From assembly GCF_964204645.1 (NCBI RefSeq), contig NC_134027.1, positions 1,116,001 through 1,180,000 on the forward strand: a stretch of 64,000 nt of DNA. The letters are read 5' to 3'. The notes beneath the pieces are model-generated. The model was not told the DNA's origin. It saw only the letters and a program-made list of their open reading frames with translations, and did not search any database. A program made the position numbers and the translations under genes. Positions 48,936 to 62,147 of the stretch are shown in pieces; position 1 is the stretch's first letter, and each line of letters starts with the position of its first letter. This DNA comes from Tubulanus polymorphus (Eukaryota > Animalia > Nemertea).

Positions 48936-50774
48936 CAGAAATAACTCATTCTGTGGTTGTTGTAATTCTCAGAATGATTGTTTGTATTCTCAATGTGCTA
49001 GTGAGTCACAGTCACAGCGTCAGTCACCCGTGTAACCAGACCGATACACGAAACAAAGCCCGACTGTTTTTGTCATCACAAGAAGAGAAGTATAACCCAA
49101 GCTCTCTCCAGCCGTCGCTCATGAATCGCGGCGCTAACTGGACACAAATTCATCATTTTGTCGAATGTGTTAAATTTTTCCTGTAACACGTCCGAGCGTC
49201 GTGTTAATTACAGTATCATCGACGTGCCGGGTGACTTGTTAACGTCTTAGCCCGAAGAGACTGAGCGCGAGGGGCATCGCCGCCTTGTCGAACCCGTGTA
49301 GTTTTCGCGTCGTTTCCTCGCGGCCTTTGTGTCGGATTAATTAGTACGTGTCCATCGGGCATCGGAACATCTTGAAAGAGAAAAAAGAGCGCTATCAAAA
49401 ACCGGGATAGGAAAGAAACTCCACGAGATGCTACAGAATTTGTCGATCTCCTTCGGCAACTGAAATATGGCTTAATTGGACGCCACCGGAAATGATGCCA
49501 CATACCTCTTCCGGTATCTCGTGGAGCTTGTCATCCGAGCGATTTTTTTTTGTAAATCAATAACAATATTTTCATGCGCTTCAAATTAAGGAGATGGTTT
49601 TTCTTGTACATTGATATCACCGATGCTTTATAACACCTTAACCTGCTTGTTCTTCGATATGACCCTTGCTTAACACCCTAACTTCCTTTTACCCGATACC
49701 ATCCTTGCTTAACAATCTAACCTATTTTGTAGGCTACTTCGCGCAATTATCAGGATCAGACACAAATTTCGGACAAGTTTTTATCGTAGATATTGCGTCT
49801 AGTCTGAACTTTGCAAAAACACGCATTCAAAATGTGCCTTTCATCTTTACTATACACGCAATAGTCTATAACAATACTCATCTGTTCTCACGAATTCGGA
49901 GAACACGAGAAAAAAAAACTATTGCATCGAGAAAATTCTCTTCTATACGGCCGAAAAAAAGAACGTTACAAATTTAACCTATTCATCGCGGATGTGATCG
50001 TTTTGTTGTCGGTAGATGACTTCATTGCTACTAGATGAATGCCGAATATGTTTTCAGGTGTCGTGTCCCGGACGCGAAAAGCATCGGATCTTTTCAAAAG
50101 GGGATATTTTTGTTACAATCCGCCTCGGGCGAGAATCATGTAACCTACAATTTGTGACAGCGAAGAAGACACGTTAAACCGGTCATTACGGCGTAAATGT
50201 GTTCGTTAGAATTATGGCTAAGATTCTTTTCACGAAAACCGGCAATATATAGGGCTTTAATTTGTAAAGAAACATAGAGAAGGTGTCAAACATAAATTTC
50301 CCGGTGCGATAAAAATTGCTATTTTAACCGTGTTGTGTTTTGTCGAATTTTCTGTTCATGGCGACTTTGAAGAAGGCGAAAAAATGCTAACGCGGTATAA
50401 AGAAGTTAAAGTCGGGCCCCCGAAGGACAACGTGAAAACCTGTAATTTTGTGTGTGGTTTACTTTTTTGCTAAACAGGAATGATAAATTATGGAAGTTAG
50501 TAGTCGATCTCTGTACAGTGTTTTGTATTGTGTTGTGCGAATTTCGCTGTGGTTAAAAAAATGCGACATCAAAACATTTAAAAAAAAGCCACGCAGTAAT
50601 AGTGTGACAACGTTGACAGCAAAATGAAAATTGATGTGTGGAAGATTAAGGGTCACTTGTAATGGAAAAGTTTCTTTGAATATGACATCAAAATGTTATG
50701 AATATAGGTCTCGGAATGATAGATTGGAGGATTCACCAATCTGTCAAGACTGTTTTAGTTTTTAGACACCGCTT

Positions 50775-51900
50775 TCCCACCACAGCACGGGAGAAGGTTC
50801 ACCAAGAACTTATACATGACTGTTCTGCTCGCTGTTCTCCCCATACCACACAGTTGTGAGGAGAGGGGGTTCACCAGGAACCTGATGAGACTGTTCTACT
50901 CAAGGTTCTCTATCTAATAGGCCTACCACAGTTGTGAGGAGAGGGGTTTGCCAGAGAAGGTTCACCAAGAAGGTTCCACTGTTCTGCTTGCTGTTCTCCC
51001 CATACCACGCAGTTGTGAGGAGAGGGGGTTCACCAGGAACCTGATGAGACTGTTCTACTCAAGGTTCTCTATCTAATAGGCCTACCACAGTTGTGAGGAG
51101 AGGGGTTTGCCAGAGAAGGTTCACCAAGAAGGTTCCACTGTTCTACTCACTGCTTTCTCATACCACGCAGTTGTGAGAAGATGGGGTTCACCAGGAAACT
51201 GATGAGACTGTTCTACTCAAGGTTCTCTATCTAATAGGCCTACCACAGTTGTGAGGAGAGGGGTTTGCCAGAGAAGGTTCACCAAGAAGGTTCCACTGTT
51301 CTACTCACTGCTTTCTCATACCACGCAGTTGTGAGAAGATGGGGTTCACCAGGAAACTGATGAGACTGTTCTACTCAAGGTTCTCTATCTAATAGGCCTG
51401 CCACAGTTGTGAGGAGAGGGGTTTGCCAGAGAAGGTTCACCAAGAAGGTTCCACTGTTCTACTCACTGCTTTCTCATACCACGCAGTTGTGAGAAGATGG
51501 GGTTCACCAGGAAACTGATGAGACTGTTCTACTCAAGGTTCTCTATCTAATAGGCCTGCCACAGTTGTGAGGAGAGGGGTTTGCCAGAGAAGGTTCACCA
51601 AGAAGGTTCCACTGTTCTACTCACTGCTTTCTCATACCACGCAGTTGTGAGAAGATGGGGTTCACCAGGAAACTGATGAGACTGTTCTACTCAAGGTTCT
51701 CTATCTAATAGGCCTGCCACAGTTGTGAGGAGAGGGGTTTGCCAGAGAAGGTTCACCAAGAAGGTTCCACTGTTCTACTCACTGCTTTCTCATACCACGC
51801 AGTTGTGAGAAGATGGGGTTCACCAGGAACCTGATGAGACTGTTCTACTTAAGGTTCTCTAATACCGTGGAGTTGTGATGAGAGGGGTTCGCTATCATGG
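50775..51900. repeat. 158-bp tandem satellite, about 7 copies, each unit a diverged dimer
   Basis: TATCTAATAG recurs at 50911, 51070, 51228, 51386, 51544 and 51702. Each unit has two CAGTTGTGAG...CTGTTCTACTCA halves. Confidence 0.97.
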
Positions 51901-54900
51901 CTGTTTTCTCACCACAAGGGCAAGTTGTACTCGCTTCTATTCCACCAGATATAAGGCATCAATCCTGTCCTAAAATTTCTGGACATTACAAACTTCTCAA
52001 AGAGCGTCTGATGAATCGTTCCCAGCGCGCAGTGTTCTTCTCTCCTGAATCATGTAGCTTAAATAATGTGATTAAAGCGGTTATTTTGCGCCTATCGCCG
52101 ACGGGGCTTTTTAACTCGACGTCCATTTTACAGTTTATCGCCTTGTCACAAAAGCCTTTACAACCCGAACCTTCTTTACACCCATCGCGAACAACATTCT
52201 GTCGTTTAAACAAACCAGAAACAATCTTTACAAAGTCGCCGTGTCCCGGTTTTACAGTTCAAACCGATCACCGCTTCTACCCCAGAGGTAATTTTGTAAT
52301 TAACGGTATATAGGGAAGTTATTGCTGGCATGCTGTGTAAGGCCTGGTGACAAAACCTACGCCTCGGGACCCTGCAATGGTATGCTCGTAGCCTTTCAAG
52401 ACGAATTATACAAAACTATTGTAAGACACCGTTACGGGCCGAGCATAGATCTCTCCCGTCTTTTTTTGCAAAGCTCACGAATTCCTTTAACTCTGAAATG
52501 GGAGGTCCTTTGCCCTAGCCTGATGCAGGTGTGCTGGGTCGTGGTGCGTGTCGTATAGTGGAGTGAATAATAAAAGAAAAGATGCTTGCGTTGATCATTA
52601 AACCCGCTGACAATGGCGCGCATATTGTAAACATTGCCCGGATAAGCGAAGAACACATTTCTCCAATGTGTTTGACATTTCGTTTCCACAATAGACGTTT
52701 GTTCCCGACAAATCCTACGCGCAGAGAAATGAGAAATATGTAACATTTCAACTCTCGACGACGACGAGAATGGTTAATTGTGTGCTTTAATCGTATCCGA
52801 TTTCAAACTGAATTATAGTCGTCTTTTCAATACGTGTTTCTTGTCAATAATAGAACACGTTAGTTCGGTCGGTTGTATATTATTCGAACGACGAAGAAGA
52901 CGCCAGAACAGAACTTACAAATCGAAGTCAAAATTTACAACCGGTGACAACAACATTTCTTTAAAATTGTCTCCTTTGTGAGTAACACGGTTTATTCTCG
53001 AGTCTATAAGATTGACGCACCTGGTACCTATATTATTATCTATGGGAAATGCCGATTTGAAGTGCCCCCACAACGTCTTAAAGATAGATAATGCGCGCTA
53101 TTTAGAAAATAAATAGCGAAACGTCTTACATAAATGCGTCCGTTAGCTTTCAAGGGACGGATTAGTTTTAAGTGTTAATTCTTGTAAGTATGATTTATGG
53201 TTCTTCAATTGAATTCACGTTCACGTTCAACAGCAACTTCACGAACGGTTAAATCGACCTCAATTTTCCATTTTTATTGATGATACAATTCAATTATGGC
53301 TCCAGATAATCGATTATGTGTATACATAGTTGCTATGGACCTCAACGGGACGCATTGTTGACCGTTCGGTATATCGGGTTACTGTAGGAGATTCGTCGAC
53401 TGCACGAAGGCGTTTGACCGGATGTCTCGAGTTTAGTTGGCTATAAAGTCGACGGCAATGTTGTCACCCCACGCTGGGCTGTTTTCAAAAATATCGAATT
53501 ACACTCGGTGATTTGTAAGGGAATTTTCAATCTAACTCCGAATAGAGCTAAGTGGATAATTATTTGTATCGTGGGGTAGGTGACATTGTGGCATATGGAC
53601 ACGTATCTGGTAATTGTTATAATCAGGGGGTCGTTTGCGTGCTTGGAAAATCTGTGGTCGGATGAATCAGCGCCATGGAGTTTTGGACATAGATTATCAC
53701 AGTATGATCGAGTTTTGAAACGTCGGCGTTATTGGCCAATTCCAAAGCTACAAATCACATCTGATACTTTGAAGTATATTCTTATGAAACCAATGCGTAG
53801 CATTTTCAAATAACTTCCAATATCTATAAACAATAACCGATATAATTATTTGGGTGCAGTTTCTTAGCCTTAAAACGGTTCGATTTGAATAATTGTCCTC
53901 GCCGAAAAACAGGAAGTAACCAAACCAAAAACTTCTTCGCAAAACTGACCCCTGAATCTAATTATACGTAAAAGGTAACCCCCCCCCCCCCGATTTTTTC
54001 CGGAACTCTCACGAGTGGTTGGTGTAGCGCCTGCATGCATAGCTCATTGATAGGAGAGAAAAACCGTTGGCTGAAACGTGACTTTACGTGAAGTAAACGG
54101 GATTTCATTCCTCCAGTGTTTATATCGTATTAGGACGAATTGACAGCAATCATCGCAGGGGACGCGAGGCGGAGGTTGACTTTACGCGCAGTGTCTGAAG
54201 GGTCTAATGCCTGCACACCACTCAGCTTCCAATCTCCCCGTGAACGGGTAATCAAATAAAAATTAATTAGCCCCCGTTAAGATGTTATTCCATTTTAAAG
54301 ATGTTTCCGAACAAATATTTGCGCAAGTCTCGGCGGTGATATTGAGTCAGCGCTGAACGCGAGAACAGCGCGAGGAAACTCGTGGAAACTCGAGATCTTA
54401 CCGAGCTCGCATTTTTTATGGCTCTCGATAAAAATGCCAAGAAATCCGATATCTTACAATCGATTCCGTCCTCTGAACGGAACTGGGGATTTTCGTAAGC
54501 AGTTGTTCACTGGTAATTTTATCTTCCGAAAAGTAACGCCACTTTAGACTAATATACACGTACCATCATACCTCAGCCTGCATCTATCCGGCGTTTGCAG
54601 AATTCAAGTGAATATCATCACTTAGTCAAGTCATCATAGCGATGAATTATTCGAATGACGACTTACACCGAGCAAATTGAATTAGAAATACATGTACATT
54701 GAAAGTATGACGACTTTACGAAACGACTTATCAAAATGACTCTTGATCGACTTTGCCTTGTAAACTCACGACCCAGTTCCTGAATCGTGGCTTTTCCGAA
54801 GCGAAACAAAAAATAAATCAATTTCATTTTCTTCAATAAAGGAATTATCGTCGACATCTTCGGCTTAAATTTCACTCCTAGCAACGAAAGAGCTAAATAA

Positions 54901-55256
54901 CTGGCAATATCCTGGCCGGAAGCGGAAATTCGTCGGATTAAACCCAGTGGAATTATAAACTTGAGCGGGAACCAGTCGAAGGGGAGGGCGCAAAAAATGC
55001 TTCCAGACGCTTCATTAATCGGTGGAATCTCCCGGTGGGAATTTCGTCTGCCCCGATCGCGGCTGGACACGTGATCGGGTGCCGTTTGTTTCTTTACATT
55101 GTAAAAGTACATACAAGCTTTTAATAATCAGTAATACCTTAAACAAACTTCGTATATTCAATAGGATTTTCGTGTTGGCTCAGATTTTTTTCATGCTTTC
55201 GAAGAAATTAATCCCCAACATAATCATTTGCTGTAAACGTCTTTAGGGAATATCTA

Positions 55257-55475
55257 GGCCAAAAAAATTGATACCTTGTTTCTCCGCTCTGCTGAGCTTA
55301 AATGTTGACCCGGCCGGCCGCCTATCTACCCTATACATTACTTTTTTTTAAATCGTGATCAATTTAACCATAACAGACCCGGCCGCTATAGAAATGAACT
55401 GTTTATAAATTTTATCATATTTTACAAAAATGACCCGGCCGCTGCGGAGAAACAAGGTATCATTTTTGTTTAGCC
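55257..55475. mobile_element. 219-bp non-autonomous TIR DNA element with about 32-bp TIRs and CTA TSD
   Basis: CTA|GGCCAAAAAAATTGATACCTTGTTTCTCCGC...GCGGAGAAACAAGGTATCATTTTTGTTTAGCC|CTA. Internal GACCCGGCCG occurs three times. Confidence 0.85.
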
Positions 55476-58400
55476 CTACTAGTAATATTAATGATTATAT
55501 ATATCCCGTGATTTAGAATTCGGATAACGATACAAATTTCGTTGCTTAGAGTTTTAATTCTTCTCTTCTAAAGTAAATCAATCTGAAATTTTGGATCCAA
55601 ATTTTACAAGAACTTACATCGTGGAACTGAAAAAATGGACGTTATTGAAGCGATGAAAAACTCGAGTTCCTCAAACCTGAATTCGTTTCAAAGGTATTTT
55701 TGTTTCGGTCGCGAATTCGTCCGTTCTTTCGGTAACTTGTCGTTTCAAATTCAACCATGAAAAATAGTTGTTACCGAGTTGAGAATCGATACGGAAAACT
55801 GGTAAATTCAGCGCGTGAAAAACCCGCGAGAATTTCAACAGTTGTCGAATTTAGAGTGGGTCGGTGAGACACGACACGGAACAGTACTTCAAGCGTGAAT
55901 CAATTCTTATACAACACGTTCATCGCAGCCATGTGGGAATGATTTTCTTTTGAACATTTTCTTCGTCGAAAACAAAAATTGAATCGGGGACAAGAAACGG
56001 CGAAGTTTTATTATTTAAAGAAAAGTTTACAGCTTGAGAAATTCGATACAACATCTCGGGTTGAATCAGAACCCTGCATTCACTCAATCTCGACTCTCTC
56101 AGCTGATACTCAATATTTTGGTCACCATCCAATTTCTAATCTTCAATACTTCACAATGTGTACAGAACTTTTAATGAAAAATGAACTACAAATACCAGAT
56201 TTTATCAGCACACTTTCAAAAACCGATTCGTCGACACTTTACATGTGCTTAGCACTTTATTTGAGACACTAATGAGTAGCCTTACTTGAAAATCAAAATT
56301 AGATATAAGACATTTTATCGGCACAAAAACTGATCATCCACACTTCATAATATGTTCAGAACTTCACCTGAGACCTATTTAATTGAAAATGAACTACGAA
56401 CATGTATATACAAACACCAGATATTAGACATTTTATCAGTACACTTCTATACATCAGGGGGTGGTTGCAGGTAGAGTGCGTGCTAAGGATACGCAACGAC
56501 TTCCCAAAGCTATAAAATGGAGCTTGAACAAGGCACAGATTTTGCTGCAAATTAAGGTGAGCTGTGGGTATAGTTTAACCGTGTATACAACTGTCGTCTG
56601 TTCAATGATTAAACATTGGTAATAAAATCAATGGTGCTAATAAAACTGTGTAACATATAGCGGGCCTACCACTACCGAGCTTCCGGGTCTCCATCATACA
56701 TATCTTATACATGACTGCAAGTAACATGCAATATCTCCACAATGACCCTGATGTTGGCTTGATTAATTCGGTAGAAACGGCATTGAATATTCGATGAAGC
56801 GCTATGAAAAGATATGTTTGATTTTCCTAATTAGACGCACGATGTCATGCAAACGGACGACATTGTTGGACTAATGCGAACATGTGTCGCGCGATACCGT
56901 CAAGGTCGTCAAACCGAATACGTCCACAGCACGCCGCGTACCCGGAACGATCGTTAGGAGCCTGGGTAAATAATCGATCAAAACAGGAACCGAACAACAT
57001 ATCCATCCCCGGATGACGTTTCAACGATTTTTAATTGAGCTTCGCCGATAACGAATCGGTTTGAAATGCATCGCAAATGACGCCGGCGTGTTCGTGCATT
57101 CATTAAGAAAATTCGACCAGTTTTTTTGTGCATTTCATAAAAAACGTCGTCGCTTATTTAATGCGACTTAACATTCATTCATTCTTAATTAATGGCGATA
57201 AATTGATTTACAAATAAAGTCGAGTCAAAAAAGAAAATTTGCGAAGCTCTTCACGCGATAATAAAGCCGAACCCATCCATACACTTAGTGGCCCCGAGCT
57301 TCGCTCTTTGTTGACGTAGTGGCTAAATTAAATCGGTCCAAATTGAAGATAGCTAATTTCGAGCTAGGCGGCCTCGATGCGGACAATAGCAATTCAGAAA
57401 ACTCGTAATAAACTAATCTCAATATAACGGTTAATTGTGACAACGAGGCTATTATGCCATTAGAAGCTTTTGAAGAGAATCGTCTGCCGTGTGACGTCAT
57501 CGGAGTTTGCGCGGACAATAAAGACGTTAACTCAGATGCGATTCAAGGGGTTTCCAAACCGGAAAGATGAGTATCTTAAATCGTGGACCCCGTAGGCTCT
57601 GTCATAAAAGCCCTATTAACAGCAGGTGGTCATTAAAGACATATGGACGCAATATTGTCTACAGTAAGGAATCGTATAATATCGACGATAGTTCAATGAG
57701 TAAGTGTCGCACCGATAGTTAAGACGGAAATCTTAAAACCCGAGCCGTTAAATCGTAACTTTTGAAAACATTACCGCGAAGCCCTCTTTCTATTGTATCC
57801 TCTTTCTTAAAAGCTATAAGCATATTTAAAAACATATGGAACTAATGGAATTAATGACATATGAATTAAAGTTGAGCGTTCTTGAGTGTAGGCCAGACTA
57901 AGGAGCCGAAAAAGAACTAAATTTCCGATGATTGTGGAAATTTGTCGGAGTCGAAGAATTAAATCCACATAACTTTGGAACTGGATGCAAAAAAGCCCCG
58001 AGGTTGTGTGGAATGGGTGCGAGTCGAAAAGGTTCCAAAGTCAAACTAAACCCGCCCAACAGTGTGTGGAACTGGGTCTAGAGTCAAATGAAACCCACAC
58101 TTGTGGAATTGAGTCAAATTTACACGGAATCAGACCCCCTCATTGATCTGACCCTTGGGACCATAACCCTTGGGTGGATTTAACTCAATAGCTTCCGGAA
58201 AAAAATAGAACATCTCAATTGATCCGACTTTGTATGGAACAAAGTTTTGCTCATTTCAACACAGATAATGTTACGCAATAAAGTGATGACCGCTGCTGTC
58301 GTTCATTAACACATCAATAATACCACATTTCCAAATCTTCAATTCAAACTGAAGCCGCCGAATTATAACCGCTTCCATTGTTAGAACTCATCTCTTCACG

Positions 58401-58934
58401 ACGAAGGCTTAATTCGGCCATTTTAAAAGAAATCACAAAACATTGGTGGAAAGTTTGTAAGTAGTTATTGTGCTTGCACGTTCCGTAACAAAAACGGATA
58501 GTGTTTCGAGGATTTCGCTGCGGGGCCTGTGGCATTCTGAGCTAATCACTCACTACCCGCGGGGTCGACTCGCTGCCGATTGAAATTTATACACATGTCG
58601 TCAAATTAACCCTTTCATTAGAGATTAACCCTTTGTTATCCAGACATTAATGTGTCCAATTCGACGGTTTCGCCCTGTGTGTGTAAGGAAGAATATTGTG
58701 TCATCAGTTGGTTTCTAAATCAACACTTCCTTCTATTGAACTCTCGTGATTTCTGACCGTCGATTCTTTTATTTTCAACTCAATCGTTGATTTAGGATTC
58801 AATTTGTATCTGATTCTTATTTCCTACGAGTCACTTCTATTTGCATTTATTTAACTTCGGATTCAATGTGCGTTTTATTTGATTTCGAACCTATAATAGT
58901 TCCACAGTGGGTCTAATCCTGACTCTGCACCCAG

Positions 58935-59042
58935 GGTCCAGTTTTACAGTTCCGAGTTCAGATTTAATTCTGAGTTAATTCATTGAAAATGAACCAACTT
59001 TAACTCTGAGTTAACTCTTACTCACAACTGTGGAACTGCGTC
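58935..59042. mobile_element. MITE, family A
   Basis: CAG|GGTCCAGTTTTACAG...CATTGAAAATGAAC...CTCACAACTGTGGAACTGCGTC. Confidence 0.75.
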
Positions 59043-59864
59043 TAATCTAAGTCTGGACCCACTTCAACAGTTGAATCGTAGGCTTGTTTTAACTCAAGTG
59101 TTCAAAATTCGAATTCCACAAAGCCGTTGAATCCGTTTGAGACAGAGCTATAAAAAGCACCACCTCGAGCCGCGGATTGACGAATATAATACAAGATGGA
59201 AATGTTGCACTTTTTCTGCCGCTTCTACTTCAAAAGTTTATCAAATCGAGAAAACTCCTCATATCCTCAAATAACATTTCGACATATTGAATTAATAAGT
59301 TGATAAGCTTGTTTATACGACCACGCGGGCACCGATTCGTTTTAATACTCTACTGATCTATCGTCGCCTGTAGCCCCGGGGGAGAGGGGATCATTTTATT
59401 AACCCTAGTACCATCTTTCATTATCTAAGATTAACAAAGAATTCTTCAAGAAGGAATCATTTGAACTACTCGGTCGCCGCCGACAGCGATCGAACTGCGC
59501 AGGATTTGTGTCGCGAGAAGACGCTGGAATCCCCCGCGGCGGATTTTCTTCAGATTGCGGCGGTAGAAATGTTAGTTTTTTTCAGACGAACTCAAATAAA
59601 TGTCGATTTCTGGTTGGCTCCGAGCGGTGTTAACACCCGATAGATGAAACTCGGTGTCAGCAGCAAACACAGCCACAACCTTTCAAGAGGAATAGGTTAC
59701 AAGATGGAAAATGAAAATGGAAAGTGAAAAATGAAAGTTAATTTCCGCGGTTACAAAATTCTTCAAAATTTTAATATTCCATTCTGTGTCGTTACAGATA
59801 TTGAATTCTTTATTCGAATAAAACTTGTTTTCCAAGGTTGACTCCAGGATTCGGTGGCACTGAA

Positions 59865-60080
59865 TGTTTGATTGGCCAAAATGAGCTTAAACTGGTCGTA
59901 AGCCGTTAGATTGGCAATATCAAGGCGAGTTTAGACTGATTGAGTTTTGAGTTGTTAGATTGGTTTATAGAACCAAGATGAGCTTAGACTAGTCTTAAGT
60001 TTTTAGACTGGATATAGAACCAAAATGGGCTTAGACTGGTCTTAAGTTGTTAGATTGGTTATAGAACTAAAATGAGCTTT
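59865..60080. repeat. Tandem multimer of the family B internal unit (about 47 bp, about 4 copies)
   Basis: GTTAGATTGG...ATAGAACCAAAATGAGCTTAGACTGGTCTTAAGTT repeated in tandem. Confidence 0.8.
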
Positions 60081-60841
60081 AGTATCGATTTAGTAACATC
60101 ATTTTTTGAAATCTTTGAATTTTTGTACTCCTGTAGTTTGCCTGAAACAGACTTTTCTATGAAACTGGAACAAAATCACGCAGTTCAATATTAATTATCT
60201 CTCTCTCCCTGAATTCAGATTTCTCGCTTGGATATTATGCGTGGTACAGAATACGAACACTTGGGCAGGTGTTGATCGAAACTAATAAATTCCGTGCCCA
60301 ACGAGGCTTTTAGGGACCATTTGTCAAAACTTCACATTCCACGATATTCATGGGAATTTCACGATCGCATATTATAAAACCTTATTGACGACAATACGCG
60401 AAATGAAATGGAATTGATTCGAAGTCTCCACTTCTTATAGAATCAAAACCTCGAGTTTAAATTGTTAAACCATACGGTCATCGAATCAACGGAATTCACA
60501 TGCAGTCAAATCACGATTTAATACGTGATGATTGCCTTTCCTAAAGTGTTTTCCAAAATGAATTGGTCATTTCGCACAACGCTTGAAATGTCAGTGAAGC
60601 GAACACGGGTGAAATATAGCGGTCCACTTTGGTGTAATTGGTGGGAAGATCAAAGTGTTGTTATTGTGTGTGAAATATTAAAACCCGGGGCTATCGATGT
60701 GTTTAATACTTGAATTAACCTCGTAATTCCGCTGATAATTGGAGTTTATTTCAGATTGTTCTCATTGTCCGTAGAAGATCCGATATCGAAGAAATTTGAA
60801 CCGAAGAAATTTGTGAAAATACACAATTCTATTCTATTCTT

Positions 60842-60950
60842 CAGTTCCAGCACGGTACTGTTGTGAGTTAAGATTTGACTCTTTGAAAATGAACTGGTTT
60901 TAACTCTATAACTCAAGAGTTAACCCTAACTCATAACTGTGGAACTGGCC
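60842..60950. mobile_element. MITE, family A
   Basis: CAGTTCCA...TTGTGAGTTA...TTGAAAATGAAC...TAACTCATAACTGTGGAACTGGCC. Confidence 0.75.
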
Positions 60951-62038
60951 GTTAGTTTGTAGTAGCAGACAAGAGGTTTATAAGATCAATCCATCATTAA
61001 TTTGTTTTATATTCGCAACACGGTCGGTGGCTTGCTGCATGTATATCAATACAAACTGGCGCTGTTCTATAACACCGGATACTTACTAACGTCCTAATAC
61101 TATTTAATACGCCATCAAACACATGTAATGTTTTGCTTTGTCACGACTCACGGGACGGCGGACAATATCGCTGAACCCTTCCCCGCAAACAATATCCCTG
61201 TGTCGGCTCTACAGAATCAGCTTAAAATTAAGTACGCATTTAACATGCGTGCAACGCGTTAATCCCGTGATGAATACCGTTTTAATGACGTTTTTCTCAA
61301 ACATTTCCCGCTCTTATCAGCGACGATTAAAGACATCGACGTTAAATGCAAAACAGTCTCCGCCGATACTACATTCATATACATGTGTTTGCCCGGTGCT
61401 CGGCGTTAAGCCGATAGAAACACTCGCTAAATCGCGACGAGTCTGTCGTTATCATGCTAAATACAGTGACGATATTTCACGCTCGTTTCGTTACTGAACA
61501 AATTAGCAGAATGCGTCTAAAACATTGATTTAATAGGTTTTATGGCCGTTTCGATGTGCGCAATACAAAGGCTTAATTTCGTGCGGCAAAACAGTCGTCG
61601 CCAGGCTGCAGACCGGTGTCTTAAAAATAATGACAAATTGCCCGTTTCGTCGCTTACTGATATGGTGTTAATACCGGCGTGTAGCTAGGAAGCTTTTGTT
61701 TCTACCAATAAGCTTTTTTAAAGTTTTTATCCGCAGGCGCCATGTTTTTGGTTACCACACGCTGGGGCTCGGGCATTGTTGAATATTTTCTCCGTATTTT
61801 CTTTCAAATTAATTATTTTTCTTCATTTCGTTCACATATTTTGATTGAATGAAAATGAAAGCAAAGTTGAAGTTATGACGATTATGTTGTGTAGACTCGT
61901 TTTATTCCCGATACACTTTAGTTTCTACTGCAAATAAACCGTTTACAGTTTCCAGACATGGACATCTATACCACGTCTGATGTAACCAGTTAGCTGCGGT
62001 GACCAGTCAGGGTGTGGTGACTCTATATAACAAGCCAG

Positions 62039-62147
62039 GGCCCAATCCACAGTTGTGAGTTAACATGTGACTCAAGAGTATAAATTCATTAAAATTGAAC
62101 TGGTTTTAACTCAGAGTTACCTCTAACTCACATGATGGAACTAGATC
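62039..62147. mobile_element. MITE family A with CWG flanks
   Basis: CAG|GGCCCAATCCACAGTTGTGAGTTA...TAACTCACATGATGGAACTAGATC|CTG, followed by a partial second copy. Confidence 0.75.

Noticed and set aside
48462-48944. Leu/Ser/Pro-rich 160-aa ORF
   Set aside because: A C/T tract can hardly contain stop codons; there is no ATG start or splice support.
50775-51900. 158-bp satellite as a retrozyme (each unit contains CTGATGAG)
   Set aside because: No stem II closed by GAAA follows the CTGATGA. The only GAAA abuts it on the 5' side and is absent from the first units, so no hammerhead fold is possible.
62039-62065. CACAG-containing TIRs as RAG/Transib RSS-like signals
   Set aside because: The element ends are GG(C/T)CCAG with 3-bp CWG flanks rather than CAC termini with 5-bp TSDs, and no nonamer is present.
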